From: Tubulanus polymorphus
Lineage: Eukaryota > Animalia > Nemertea
DNA length: 64,000 nt
Assembly (NCBI RefSeq): GCF_964204645.1
Contig: NC_134030.1
Location: 1,161,355 to 1,225,354, forward strand
Direction: 5' to 3'
Under the pieces are notes generated by a model, which was not told where the DNA came from, searched no databases, and worked only from the letters and a program-made list of their open reading frames with translations. Position numbers and translations under genes: made by a program. Below are positions 32,937 through 46,718 of this stretch, piece after piece. The number at the start of each line of letters is the position of its first letter. Within the stretch, counting starts at the first letter, position 1.

Positions 32937-35900
32937 ATGCCAAAAGCAACAAAAAAAACACGGGGCGTGGGCCCCTCACATTCAAGCCCGTATAATAAAG
33001 TAAGTACAAATTTACTGCTTCCATGCTTATTTATTCATCCCATACTTAGTATTTTGTACCCCTGGGTCCAGTTTCACAAAAAGGATTAACGCCTAAATCG
33101 ATTTAAGATAAACTGAATTAATGAAGAAATTAAATCGATTTAAGAGTTAAACCTGTTTGTGAAACTAGGCCCTGAATTGCATCTAGAATGAAAAAAAAGA
33201 AAAAAAAATATTGAAAATAACGTTGGTGAAATATTTCTGGATCTTTCTGGATTTCTGCTCAATGCATCGTTTAGTAAAATATCGATATTCTCTAAAAGTA
33301 AAGATATAAGAATAAAAATATTGTATTGAATCGTGATTAGTTACTGTATGCGCTGCTAGTTGTTGCCCAACCCATAGCCTCATTTCTCTCCATTCTAAAT
33401 TTGCATTGTTTAACATTGTCTGGTCGCTATGGAAACTATTTATTTAAGTTTCTTTGTGGTATCCATGGCAACAGTAACGTTTAGGTAGTGGCACCAATTA
33501 TGGGTCCCAACGTTCCCATGGCGATACATGAGAACATTTATCCTATTTTTGACCTTCATGACGTAAGATGGTAGTGAGTCGATGACGTCATTTTCGTCTC
33601 ACCACTAATGAAAAAAAAAATGAAATGAAAAAAAAGGAAAAAATCGTTAGAATTACGTTTATGAAATTTTTCTGGATCGGCTAAATGTATTGTTCCATTA
33701 AATATCGACATTCTCTAAAATTATAGGCATCAATATCAAAATGATGATACAGCAGACTCCGCTTAACTCTGTTCTATTTGGACCATTAATTAACCGAATA
33801 CCAACTTTTTAAAATTTTAGGATTTTAACTTCAAGGATCAGAAAATGTGTATGCAATATCAACCGGGTACCGAGTAGGGTGGCCGAGTCTACTGTAGTCT
33901 GCTGCCCCCTCGAATCCATTACCTTATTATCTCTCAATTTGCATTGTTTGACCTCATCTGGTTGCTATGGAAACTATTTAGTTATATCAGGAACGGTTTT
34001 TTCGAGGTAACCAGTGGCAACAGTTAACAGACGTGTCCATCCTAGAGATAAACTGTCTGATTTCACAGCCACATCCGTCCTGGAGATAAACTGTTAGATA
34101 AACTCTGATTTCGCGTCTGTCCTATTTCTTGTCATTGTATGAATATGTTTTCTCTTTTATAGGGTACAGCGCAGCAACAACAACAACAACAACAACAACA
34201 ACAGCAACAGCAACAACAACAACAAAGATTTAATATTTCTATGTCAGGAATAGACGTAAGTTATCGTAAACGCCTGTTTGAAGTCATCATTCTTGAGCTT
34301 GAAACCGAAATTTATATTATAGAATATTAAACCCTGCTTCTGCTACTGACAGGTAATGTCCGTCATACATTACTGCATCGTCAAATCTATACCAGGGTGC
34401 ACCCAGGCAGATCGTTCGCATCATCACATGCAAAGGGCTGATTATTTTGGAACCCAGTTTTTATCAGCTGGAACATTCTGCACATTCGACCATATTGATT
34501 GATAGCCCGTTATAGACGAGTGGAGAAAAACTGAAAAACCAGTTCGGAAAAACTTCGATTGATTTCACTCACATTTACAGAAATTTGGTCCGACCCCAAA
34601 ACCATTCACTTACACTATACAAATCAGATCAGGTTTTTAACATTGTCTTTGATTGTATTTTCAGTTTTTACCCACAACGCCGCCCAGTGGTGTTTCGACG
34701 CCGGTAAGTGATAACTATTTTCTAATAAATCACGCTTATTTCAATTTGTAATTTGAAAATAGAGGGTAGTAGCTGTTATGTATAAATTATGCTAATTAGG
34801 AATAAATTCAAATTCGATTAAGTCTCATCATCGTAGAAGTCATATATTAATGATGCTATCTCTAAAGTTGTCATTTAAATTAAGTGTTATATTTACTACT
34901 TCATTTGCTTCATGACCCAAAAACCTCTACTATATAACTACTGGTTTTGTTCTAATCTTGGAGAATTTGCTGCAAAATTTACTTATCATTTGTTAAACAG
35001 TTTTTATTGAAAACCTGAATCAGTGATACATGCATTCATGAATATCCATCTAATATTTTGTTTTATTTTATCTTTACAGGATTTATCACCGATACAGCAC
35101 GTGGACGTAAGAGATTAAACATTGATCTTGAATTTTAAGTTCAAACTAATTTATTTTTTATCTCACTCGGGACTATAGTTATTGCGTTCACTTTGCGTCC
35201 AGTTGTCTCGGGTAGTTTTTGATTTATCGTGTTGATAATTGGTTTATATACTCAAACTCAAAATATCGGCGCAATTGGAATTAAGATGGCGCACTTGTAT
35301 GTCCATTTTTTTCCCTGGCAAAATTAGCACTTTAGCAGATTTTAAGGATCAATTCTGTTGTTATATTACATTGAAATCAGAGTTTAATATATATCGGTAT
35401 AGAGCAGATTTTTGCTCTAGTTATAAATAAAGTTATAAATAATCTCATGACATGTTCTGTATATGTGTAGTGAGTTTCAATGTCTTTGGTTCCTTTTAAA
35501 CCAGGGGGGAGTTAAATTTGAAAATGTCAGATCGTCGAGCATTTCAGACCGCATCCAAAGTGGGTCCCTGCACCCCTAGTTATACCGTTAATATTTTAAT
35601 AATACATTAATATTTTTATTTGATAGAATATATTGATATACCATACATTGATATCGGTCTTGTAATTGGATCAACAACCATGAGATCAAAACACAGCAAA
35701 TATGAACCTGCTGTGAATCAATAGATTTGTGATAAATGTAATGAAATTGTTATTTTTCATATTGACTTTTTGAGTTAAGGGTCTGTTGTATAAGAGTCTT
35801 TGGTCTCGCGTGTCAATGTATGATATCAATCTGTTGTATTTCCTCGTTCCAATGTTTAAAAGGTGTTCGTCACCTTATATTAATAAACTACTTTAACCGT

Positions 35901-38900
35901 TAGATGGCGCCATAAGTGTGATATTTGATTTATGGGATACCCGCAAAACCAGCTATTCCACCAGATGGCGCAACGAGTAGTAGGTCGTTCGTTGTCAAAA
36001 TTAGTTCATTTTCGATGAACTTTGAACTGGTTTGAAAAAGAAATACTTTCATTCTTCTACTCTGACATCGGTTTAGTTTTCATTAATAATTGATTCATTT
36101 AAGAGAACAATTCATTCAGATTTAATTGAAATGTACAAGAAAATCGAACGCAGACGACCAACTATTTACTAGCGACACCTGGTGGATCCTCGCCTGCCAT
36201 AAGTGGAATCCTCGATTGCCACAGTAAGACTGCGGGTATCCCATTGTTTGGCGTGTGAAGTAAAGTAAAGTTAGAAAACGGATGTTTAACTTTGTTGTGA
36301 AACGAAAGCGTTTTGGAGATTTTTAAACCAATCAAATCAATATTTTGATATTACGCTTGAAACCCTTCCCACTCATATTCTACTTACTAAGTATATATTC
36401 TTGTTTCCGTGGAAATCATGGTGAGTGGCGCCATCTATACAGTGGAGTTAGCTTTATAAATCGAGCTTGCTTCGACAAGTGGCTCCATCTATTCCCTAAT
36501 ACTGAAGCGAGGTAACCAGCAGCGCCCTCATATACAGGAAATGAACGCCTATCAAGTTTAACAATGCACGGTGTATTGACCACAGCGACCGGTGATAATT
36601 ATATCAATGTTGATTAGCTATTGCCATAGACAGGTCCGTAGCGTTTGACTGGACCAGAACGGGGCCCCCTAACCAAAACAAATTTTGAAAACGTGCCCAG
36701 ATAAATTGCCTCTGGGAGATTGATTTAACGAGGTTTTGATTAAATGAACAAATTTTAATATTTGTAAGTTTAACATTTCTGTTTTTAATTTTTCTTTGCG
36801 AGGAACTGAATTTTCGAACCCCCCCGAACCGCCTCAAGCTACGTTCCTGATATAGTGCTAGCTATACCTGAATACTTTTCTCTTATTGAAATTGTCTAAA
36901 AAACCAGCACCTTGAACTAATGAACGTCATAATGAAAATGTTTAAAAATTCAACCGTTAATGAATTTGACTAATGTATTTTTTTTATTTTCATTTCTAGC
37001 ATCAGTTTGCCTCAGAGGCAAGGTCGCCGTCGCTTAATGTAAGTATCAGTGACGCCCTCAATCTCACATGCCTCACTTCCCTCCTAATGTAACCATTTTT
37101 ATGAAATTCCTCAAGAAAATATATACTAGTAATCTTAGAATACACGTTTTTGTACCCAGACCCCTTCATTCTACTGAACTACCGTGTAATAAGTGCCTGT
37201 TGTGTTCATTTTCTGTTGCATTGATTTATATATTATTTCTATTTACAGTTGTCAAACAACAGCAGCAGCAGCAACAGCAGCAGCAGCGCACCCCTCCCGC
37301 CGGAGACGCCTCCCGACTTGCAAGCAAGAAGTAAGTTCAGTCTTCAAATACAATTTCAACGCATTCAATTTTTTGTATGGCGTTAAAACGGTTAAAGTTG
37401 TGACTAGTTTGCATAACTCCGTGACGTCATATTTCCATCGAGTACCGGACCCTTTCCTATGTTTTTTGCCAATTTGGATTGAATGATCGCCAGCGGTTTT
37501 TCTATACGACCCGGCTCTGCTGTATTGCATTTAGCCATCCTTTTTCTTGGCGTTTTTTATAAGGTGTTTGATTTTGTCTCTAAGGGATTTAGGAATTTAA
37601 GAGACACTTGTACTTTCTATACAGTGAGTTTGTTCTGTTTTTGTTCCCTCGTGAATTTTATTTTTGTTTGGTATAATTTGATTTATCATAATCAAATCAA
37701 ATCAGTGCATATTTCTTGAATTGCGTGTAAGTTATAATGTTATCAAATATCTGTTGTATTTAAACCGAATATTTAATTGTTGTATTTTTAATGCCGCTCC
37801 CTGCTAAAGTCGAGCGTCGTCATCGTGAGGGATGCGGTCATCTGTTCGGGCCCTGATTACGTTCTGTGTTCATCCTGTTGGGCTACATCGGGCGTTATAT
37901 GAGTTAATCCTTCCTCGACTTGCGGATTGTGGTCGGAAGATCTATGGGTTCGGGCCGATAAGTCCCGGAAACAGAAAGTACAGTTTCTGCCTATGTGCCC
38001 ATTGATGTCTCTATTTCAGAACATCACAGCGGTCGCCGGCTGTACAAGCACGGTCGGCTTCCCAACTCCATTCTCTGAGGAGGATCGCTGGTTCTCTAGT
38101 AACGGTCAGTCACCAGTCAATCAACAGTTCAGCTGGTTCAGTTTCCCAGGTATCGGCGCGCGACAGTCGGGATACCTGCACAGGAACTCAGGTCCGGTCC
38201 GGGCTACTCCGAGCACCAGTCCGGTCCAGGCCTCACTGGGTAATGAACATCTGGTCCGGTCCGGGCGGCTTCGAGCACCGGTCCGGTCCAGGCATCACCA
38301 GATACTGAACATCCTGTCCAGTCAGCTCCGTGCACCGGTCCGGTCCAGGCATCACCGGGTACTGAACATCTGGTCCGGTAGCTTCGAGAACTGGTCCGGT
38401 CCAGGCATCACCGGATACTGAACATCCTGTCCGGTCAGCTCCGTGCACCGGTCCGGTCCAGGCATCACCAGTTACTGGTCCGGTCCGGGCAGCTTTGAGC
38501 ACCAGTCCATTCCAGGCATCACTGAGTACTGAACATCCAGTCTGGTCCGGTCCAGGCAACACCGGGTACTGATCATCCAGTCCGGTCCGGTCCAGGCATC
38601 ACTGGGTACTGAACATCTGGTCCGGTAGCTTCGAGAACTGGTCCGGTCCAGGCATCACCGGGTACTGAACATCTGGTCCGGTAGCTTCGAGAACTGGTCC
38701 GGTCCAGGCATCACCGGGTACTGAACATCTGGTCCGGTAGCTTCGATAACTGGTCCGGTCCAGGCATCACCGGGTACTGAACATCTGGTCCGGTAGCTTC
38801 GAGAACTGGTCCGGTGTAGGCATCACCGGGTACTGAACATCCAGTCTGGTCCGGTCCAGGCATCACCGGGTACTGATCATCCAGTCCGGTCCGGTCCAGG

Positions 38901-41900
38901 CATCACTGGGACTGAACATCCAGTCTGGTCCGGTCCAGGCATCACCGGGTACTGAACATCCAGTCTAATCCGGTCCAGGCATCACCGGTTACTGAACATC
39001 CAGTCCGGTCCGGTCCAGGCATCACTGGGTACTGAACATCCAGTCCGGTCCGGTCCAGGTATCACCGGGTTCTGATCATCCAGTCCGGTTCGGTCCAGGC
39101 ATCACCGTAACTGAACATCCAGTCCAGTCCGGTCCAGGCATCACCGGGTACTGAACATCCAGTCCGGTCCGGTCCAGGCATCACCGGGTTCTGATCATCC
39201 AGTCCGGTCCGGTCCAGGCATCACTGGGTACTGAACATCCAGTCTGGTCCGGTCCAGGCATCACGGGGTACTGAACATCCAGTCTGGTCCGGTCCAGGCA
39301 TCACTGGGTACTGAACATCCAGTCTGGTCCGGTCCAGGCATCACCGGGTACTGAACATCCAGTCTGGTCCGGTCCAGGCATCACCGGGTACTGAACAGGG
39401 TTCGTCGCGGTGCTTGAAAAGCTTGAAATGGCTTGAATTTGAAAAATACTACTCAAGCGCTTGAAAACAGCTTGAAAATAGATCGAAAGCTTGAAATAAT
39501 TATTTTTGACTTGAAATAAAAAGTTATGGCTTGAAATGCTTGATTATCACAAATTTTCTTCTTCACGAATTTTTTTCGATGAAATCGCAGACAGAATATG
39601 TTCTTGAGTTGTTTCTACGCGTGCGTCATGTTTTAGGCATCAATAAAGAAATTAATTGAATTGTATTGAATCGCTATGAGACTCTTGTGGTGAAACTCTA
39701 CGGTGTCTGGAGACATGAACATACGGGGAAATTTCAGTCATGCATGTTATCGAGCATTGATGTAAAATGGCATTGAAATCCCACACCAGGAGTGAGAGCC
39801 ATGTTGAAGGCACCGCGACCTAGTCAAAGTCATTGAACATTACAAATTTCGTATTAGGCCATACAAAAATCAAGGTCTGTTTGCCGTCATCCGACCGACC
39901 CGACTTCAAAGGTACCCAGTGGAAACTTTTTTCTTGGATTCATCGAAATAAATTGTATTTTTGATACAAATGGCCGACCCACTGCCGATGTATGAGCTAT
40001 GTATGTTTGAAGTTAAGTGTGCATCATGTGAAAACATGCCTCGACTATTTACTTGAAGTTTTCCAGGAAACTGGCAGTGTTCCAATAAGCTGCCATTCAT
40101 TCTAAAGCTGGTAATGTTATAGCGTGCATATATTCAATCTACTGTTTCATTTTGAACGCAGATTTCGGATGTTGTTTCCGCTAAAAGTGGTGATGATAAA
40201 TTTGTTGTTTTTTTTGCCCCAAAATTTTGCAAAAAAAAAATGATGCTACCTTCCTACTGACTTATCCCAAAAATAGTAGGTGTAACGGCAAAACAGACAA
40301 TTAATTTGGGATGGCCAAATATCCAAATCTTGATTGATATGAATATTTAAGCTAGGAAATGCTGAAAATCATTGTGATGAACAGGTTTCATCTCTAACAG
40401 AATCGTATCAACTCGGAGGTTCCACTGGAATCAAAATTTTACCTCTTTTTTAACATTTTTATACGAACCTGTTCAAAATAGGCAAATTGGCTGCGACTAA
40501 CGAAAATTGCTTCCAACGTGCCTTAAAAAATAGCTTGCTGAACCCTGCTGAACATCTGGTCCGGTCAGCTTCCAGCACCGGTCCGGTCCAGGCATCACCG
40601 GTTACTGAACATCCGGTCCGGTCAGCTTCCAGCACCGGTCCGGTCCAGGCATCACCGGTTACTGGTCCGGTCCGGGCAGCTTTGAGCACCGGTCCGGTCC
40701 AGGCATCACTGAGTACTGAACATCCAGTCCGGTCCGGTCAGCTCCGAGCACCGGTCCAGGCATCACCAGGTACTGAACATCTGGTCTGGTCCGGGCGGCC
40801 TGGCATCAATGTTTCGAATTTAAAACATAGTTATCATGGGTCTAGGTTTGGTAGAGGGCGCTCTTCTACCAGATGCAGGAGCGAGGTCACCTTCACGGAG
40901 ATCGAGATCGAGGGATTATGATTGATTCTGTAGGAACCATCATCATTCATCAGTTCAGGTCGAGGGACCGTTTAGGAAGTTCACGTCTTTCACGTCGAGG
41001 GACCGTTTAGGAAGTTCACATCTTTCACGTCGAGGGACCGTTTAGGAAGTTCACGTCTTTGACGTCGAGGGACCGTTTAGGAAGTTCACGTCTTTCACGT
41101 CGAGGGACCATTTAGGAAGTTCACGTCTTTCACGTCGAGGGACCGTTAAGGAAGTCGTCACAATAATCAGGATTTCCGCGATTTCGAAAGTCAGATTTTA
41201 AACTTGTTATTGTCATTGTAAGCTACCGCAGTTACAGGTAAGCCTATTCTTGATTGCCCGAGACAGGCGTGCAGATATTGTTCCCGACACAAGTTTTTGG
41301 TTGATTTTCTTGTGACTTGTTTGTTTTAGGGGTAAGATGGATGAGCCTTATTGTTTTTTGACATATATAGGTCATCCAAGATGGCCGCCACAGCCATTAC
41401 AATGTGTAAAATAGCCATTTTGAAGCTTGTGACAACTCTACAATCTACAGTTTCAAACCAATTTGCCAATTACTTAATCTGTGGTTTCATAATGGTAGGA
41501 GAATGAGCCTTATTGTTTTTGACATATATAGGTCATCCAAGATGGCCGCCACAGCCATTTCAATGTGTGAAATAGCGATTTTGAAGCTTGTGACAACTCT
41601 ACAATCTACAGTTTCAGACCAATTTACCAATTACTTATTCTGTGGTTTCATAATGGTAAGAGGATGAGCCTTATTGTTTTTGACATATATAGGTCATCCA
41701 AGATGGCCGCCACAGCCATTTCAATGTGTGAAATAGCCATTTTGAAGCTTGTTACCGCTCTACGGACTTAAGTTTTAAGCTTAAGACTTAAGATGGCCAC
41801 CACAGTTATATCAATGTCTTAAATCTTATCCGATTTGGAGCTTGTTACTGCTCTAAGATGTAGAGGTTTAGAGGTTTATAATTTCATTCATACTTGTACT

Positions 41901-44900
41901 GTGGTTTATTTATGGTGGTCAGAGGATGAGACCTATTACAATTTGCATTCTCTACTTGACTCACTGGTCAAGGGTTAATATCTAGTTTGATAAATGTGGA
42001 GCATGTCGGTGAATCACCCCCCCCCCCTCCCCCGGACTCTGATCTCAATGTCTGATGTCAATCGTCAGCAGTTTCAATGGAATGGGCTCGATTAGGTGTG
42101 GAACAAGTGGAATCCTCGATTGCCACAGTCGAACCTAGAGTATTAAGAGCTCAATTAGGTTCTTCTTTGCGTCTCTTCTCCGGTTGGAGTGCTCCAGTTT
42201 CCACCGAATGGAGGAAGATTCGAGATGTGCAGATTCAAGTCCACCATGCGGACTCCAGCTCCGGCTCCGGCAGCTCAAGGTTCAGCCCGAACTCACACAA
42301 TGCCATCTCAAGCATCCGTACTTTCTCAAGCGGCTACTAATGCTGTTTGGAGAACAAGTGCACAGCTCCAACATTCTCGTGCCCCTTCTGGTCAGAATAA
42401 TTCTAGTTCATATCGGGGAATGCTCCTAAAAGGAGCTCTTCCTCTCGGAGAAACTCAAAATGAATGCTCGGGGCCAGTGAGAGGTTGTCTATAACGAGCA
42501 GCCACCTACTGATCCGGCGTTCCCGGGTCGTATCACGGCGGCTACTGTCTTCAATTCTGAACACCTCCCGACATGCGCCCGAAAGCAGGTCACGAGACAC
42601 TAATCTCGTCAGCTCTCAAAGATCTGGCCAAAAAGAGAGCAATAGAACCAGTACGGGACGAAGCCACATCCGGCTGGTTTTCATGAATATTTATGCTCCT
42701 GAAAACCACAGGGCGTCGATGGACTGTCATTCCTCGAGCGGCACCTGGATATCCCGAGGCTTCCGATGACTAAAACAGGGAGGTAATTCAAGGTCTCCGC
42801 CGAGGTTAATGGGCGGCTTCATTGGACCTGAAAGATGTCAGGTTCCTATTCACCCGAAATCTCATCAATTTCACAGAATGAAGTGGAAACGCCGCCAGTT
42901 CCAGTTCAGGTCTCTTCCAGTCGGCCTCAGTACAGCCCACGCCCTGGGTATTTACCAGCTTGGGTCAAGTCCAGAAGGTACACTACACTCCAGGGCTGGG
43001 TTTCATAGATATGGAAGAAAAATAATTCCAGGGAACATTTTGAAATTTGTCAGTTATAACCATGGTTTCTCATTGTTAGTATGGTGGTTGAGGATTTATC
43101 CCTTTGGATAACTTTGATACTCAGTCTATGAAACCGGGTCCTGGAGTATTTGTCTGTTGGTTTACCTCGACGACTGGTTACTAGTACCAAACTCGACTAT
43201 AGAATGTCAGGAGGCGGTGACCACTGTCGACCGCTGTCGTAGACTTAGTTCACCAGTTCCGCGTAAACTAAGTAAAATCTCACTTGATGCCGTCCCAACA
43301 GTTCACATCTGATCAGCACGGTCTTTCCGTCCATGGCTCGAGTAGCCAAACTTCAAGAAGCGTAGTTACCACAAACGAGAGGACAGCTAGTTATCGGTGA
43401 CGCCTGTGGCTAAATGCAATACCGCACTGCCAGGGGTCGTATCTCTGGCTATCTACACATTCAGAGAATATTAACTAAAACCATAGGAAAGGGTCAAGCA
43501 CTACTCCGAAAAAAAACTAATTTTATTTCCAAAAAATTATGATATTATATGGATTGCATGCTGTGTGGAAGAAGTTTTCAAAATTATTTAGGAGCTTATT
43601 ATAATTTGAATACATGAATTGAGAGCAATTTGAAATGTGTTGATATCCGAAAGTGTCTCCATTGACTTCACTCATTCACCTGATGAAGCTTCTATACATT
43701 AGTACCCAAAGCTTGTGTGTCAAATAAACTAGTTACACGTCCTATAAAGTACTACTTGTCTCGTTATATATTCTAAACCCCAGTTAACAATTCCAGTAAG
43801 TCAGGTTTAGGGAATAGATATTTAAACCTTCAGATGAAACCGATGTGATACAATTCCAGTAAGTCAGGTTTAGGGAATAGATATTTAAACCTTCAGATGA
43901 TACCGATGTGATACAATTCCAGTAAGTCAGGTTTAGGGAATAGATATTTAAACCTTGAGATGAAACCGATGTCATACAATTCCAGTAAGTCAGGTTTAGG
44001 GGATAGTTATTTAAACATTCAGATGAAACCGATGTAATACAATTCCAGTAAGTCAGGTTTAGGGAATAGATATTTAAACCTTCAGATGATACCGATGTCA
44101 TACAATTCCAGTAAGTCAGGTTTAGGGAATAGATATTTAAACCTTCAGATGATACCGATGAATTTAGCAATTTTGAATGAATTAAACCAATATGAGATTT
44201 CGATCCTAAGAATATTGGAAGCTTGTGTTTAACGTTACTAAATAGTAATATTATATAAAGCTAGAAGGACACGAGCGTATCCATTTTTTTGCCCGATCGC
44301 AACGATTAAATTCGCTGGTGAATTTATACGCCCGATACGAGTGGGTACCGATCTATTTATAAATCGGCCATCACGGTGATTTCGTCGCCCGCCGACATTA
44401 AACATGTTCGATATTTACGCCGGTGTTCAGGTCACTTGTTAATTCGCTCGTCTTGTCGGCAAGCTTAAAAAGATTTAGAAAAAACTACAAATTCTCATTC
44501 CTGAATGAACTGGATTCATCTGGGTTCAGTTTCATGAGACCCAGTTCAAACTGCTCTAGAATTTGAGTTTGTAATTAATGTATGTGATTATAATGAATTG
44601 TAATTTTTGTTTTACAGCTTTGGCATTTCGGTTAAGTCGTGCGTTCCGGCGGGAGGAGTTTGTACGTTTGTTTCTCCCGGAGTGTAAGTAGTTTAACTAT
44701 TTTCATACAATATCATTTAGTGTGACGTATGTCACTGATAATCAAAATCTAATAATAACTGTTGATCCGTAGTATTAACATTGTGCAATTGAAATCCTAT
44801 AGTTGTTTTTAGAAAGGATAAATGGCGCCATCAATGTGACAATCGATTGTAAAGTTTAAGAAATGAATGTTTAACCTCGCCGAGTACCAGAATTCTTAAC

Positions 44901-46718
44901 CGTAGCATCGAAACCATTCGACTTGTTGTTTAATGTATTTCTCTCTATTTTTATTTTACAGTGATGATCATTTTACAAGACTGCCCGTTTGGGGACTTGG
45001 TGGGGGAATTCAAAAGAAACTTGGTTCCCGATAGGATACCACCACCGGTTAATCCTATGTCGCCCGCTGCTGCCCCTCCCCCACGTCCATTAAATTCGCC
45101 TCAGCAGCGGCCTGTCAGACAGCCGCCCCCGGCCGCCACTCGTTCGTCAGACAGAGTCCGGGGACGGCTGTTTGAAGGAGATCTGACGGAGGTAAGAATC
45201 TTTATTTGTTTTCATATTTTATTCAGGATATCAGTTGAAGTTCAGCAAATAAATTACCAGACCTGTAAACAGAAGAGTAGTCATAAATTTCCATTTGCGG
45301 GTAAAACCCCATAGTCGAAAACCTTCGGTTATTGATCTATATCTGCTTAAGACCAATGGTTGTACACACGAGTGCGAAAACTTATCGCTCAAACTTTGAT
45401 TGTATCCATGGTAACGCGTACAGTATACTATGCGTGACTTACCGTTTCCTATCACTGGAATACAATACTGTTTTAGACCATGAGCGCCATCTGCGGCGGT
45501 CATAACGGACTGAGTGGTGATTGGCTGAAATGCTCGTCTACCGTGGTGACGATTATTCGGTGTTACACGTGCAGCAGACACGTCTCTGAATATCTAACAT
45601 TTGATTGTTGTAACTCATCGGGAAAAATATGTTTATGAGTCGATTTTTTGTCGAAATTTTGTTCGGCAGAAAATTGGCTGCGTACGTCAAGAAGGCGGCT
45701 GATATTTGTATCGTGTGACCCCTCGTCCCGGTAATATGCCGACCCACGTACACCTGAGACCAGTTGCATAGTCAGAGCTTAGAATTAAGACCGTTTTAAG
45801 ACCAACTTAGTTCTATAGCCAATCTAATAACTTAAGACCAGTCTTTAGATTTAAGACCACTTTTGGACTTAAGTCTTGACCATGGAATCGGCCCCAGATG
45901 CTTATTCCGCTGTATTGGATGCTGACGTGCTCGTGTCTTCCAGCAATGTTGTTATTCACCAAAAATATCATGTTTTGTTCGAATAACACAATTCATCTGA
46001 GTCTGGGTTTAACGGATGACACGTTCAAACAGAACTACGAAATCAATATCAGAAGTCCTTTTATATTGAAACGGTCCCAGAAGTCCCTGTTATAATGGGT
46101 ACTTTTTCAAAAAAAGTAACGAGAACTCTGATGGCTTTCCGTATCGGTAAAAACTAACTATTTCTATGAGCGTCACTCGTAGATTTACCGAAACGCCACC
46201 TTGTGACACGATATCCTAACTACGTATAGGTGTTTTATTTGCTGAATCGCTGGTTTCTCATTCTCATTTTTTATACTTGTGTTTAATTTTATACTAAACA
46301 AATTTTTCACTTTTTCTCTTTACAGACACGACCACCGCCAAAAAAAACTAGAACAAAAAGGAAAAGAAAAGTTGCGGTCGTCGTGGCTCCGCAGGGAGGA
46401 GGAGCAAGAGTGGTCCCGGCGGATGGTGCGGCTGACGAAGGTAATCGGGAGGAAGGGGAGGGGATAAATAGGAAGCGGCCGAGGAGGGATGGTGGTGGGG
46501 CTGGGGATGGTGCGGGTCCTGCTCCTCCTGCTCCTCCATCCGTATCTCGGGCGGTCACTCGTTCACTCGCCAAAAAGCTGGCGAGTGAACGAGTGGCCCG
46601 AGAGGTAGAGGTGGTGGCCCGACATACGGATGGAATGTGGGAGGAGCGGCTTCGTTCGGGGACAATTCCGGATTTGTTAACTGATTTAAAAAATATTCTT
46701 TCAGTGAAGGGATATTAG
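32937..46718 (+). CDS. Gene A copy 2, 9 coding exons, 343 aa
   Basis: Exons 32937-32999, 34163-34255, 34665-34703, 35080-35106, 37000-37038, 37249-37330, 44618-44683, 44962-45191 and 46326-46718. All splice sites are conserved, indels are in frame (+3, +6) and there are no internal stops. Confidence 0.8.
37448..43495 (+). mobile_element. DIRS-type remnant, copy 2 (RT motifs ~42620-43310)
   Basis: Same motifs and nested insertions as 5417-11128. Confidence 0.75.
43788..44160 (+). repeat. 63-bp tandem repeat (6 units)
   Basis: Same unit as 11420-12540. Confidence 0.95.
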
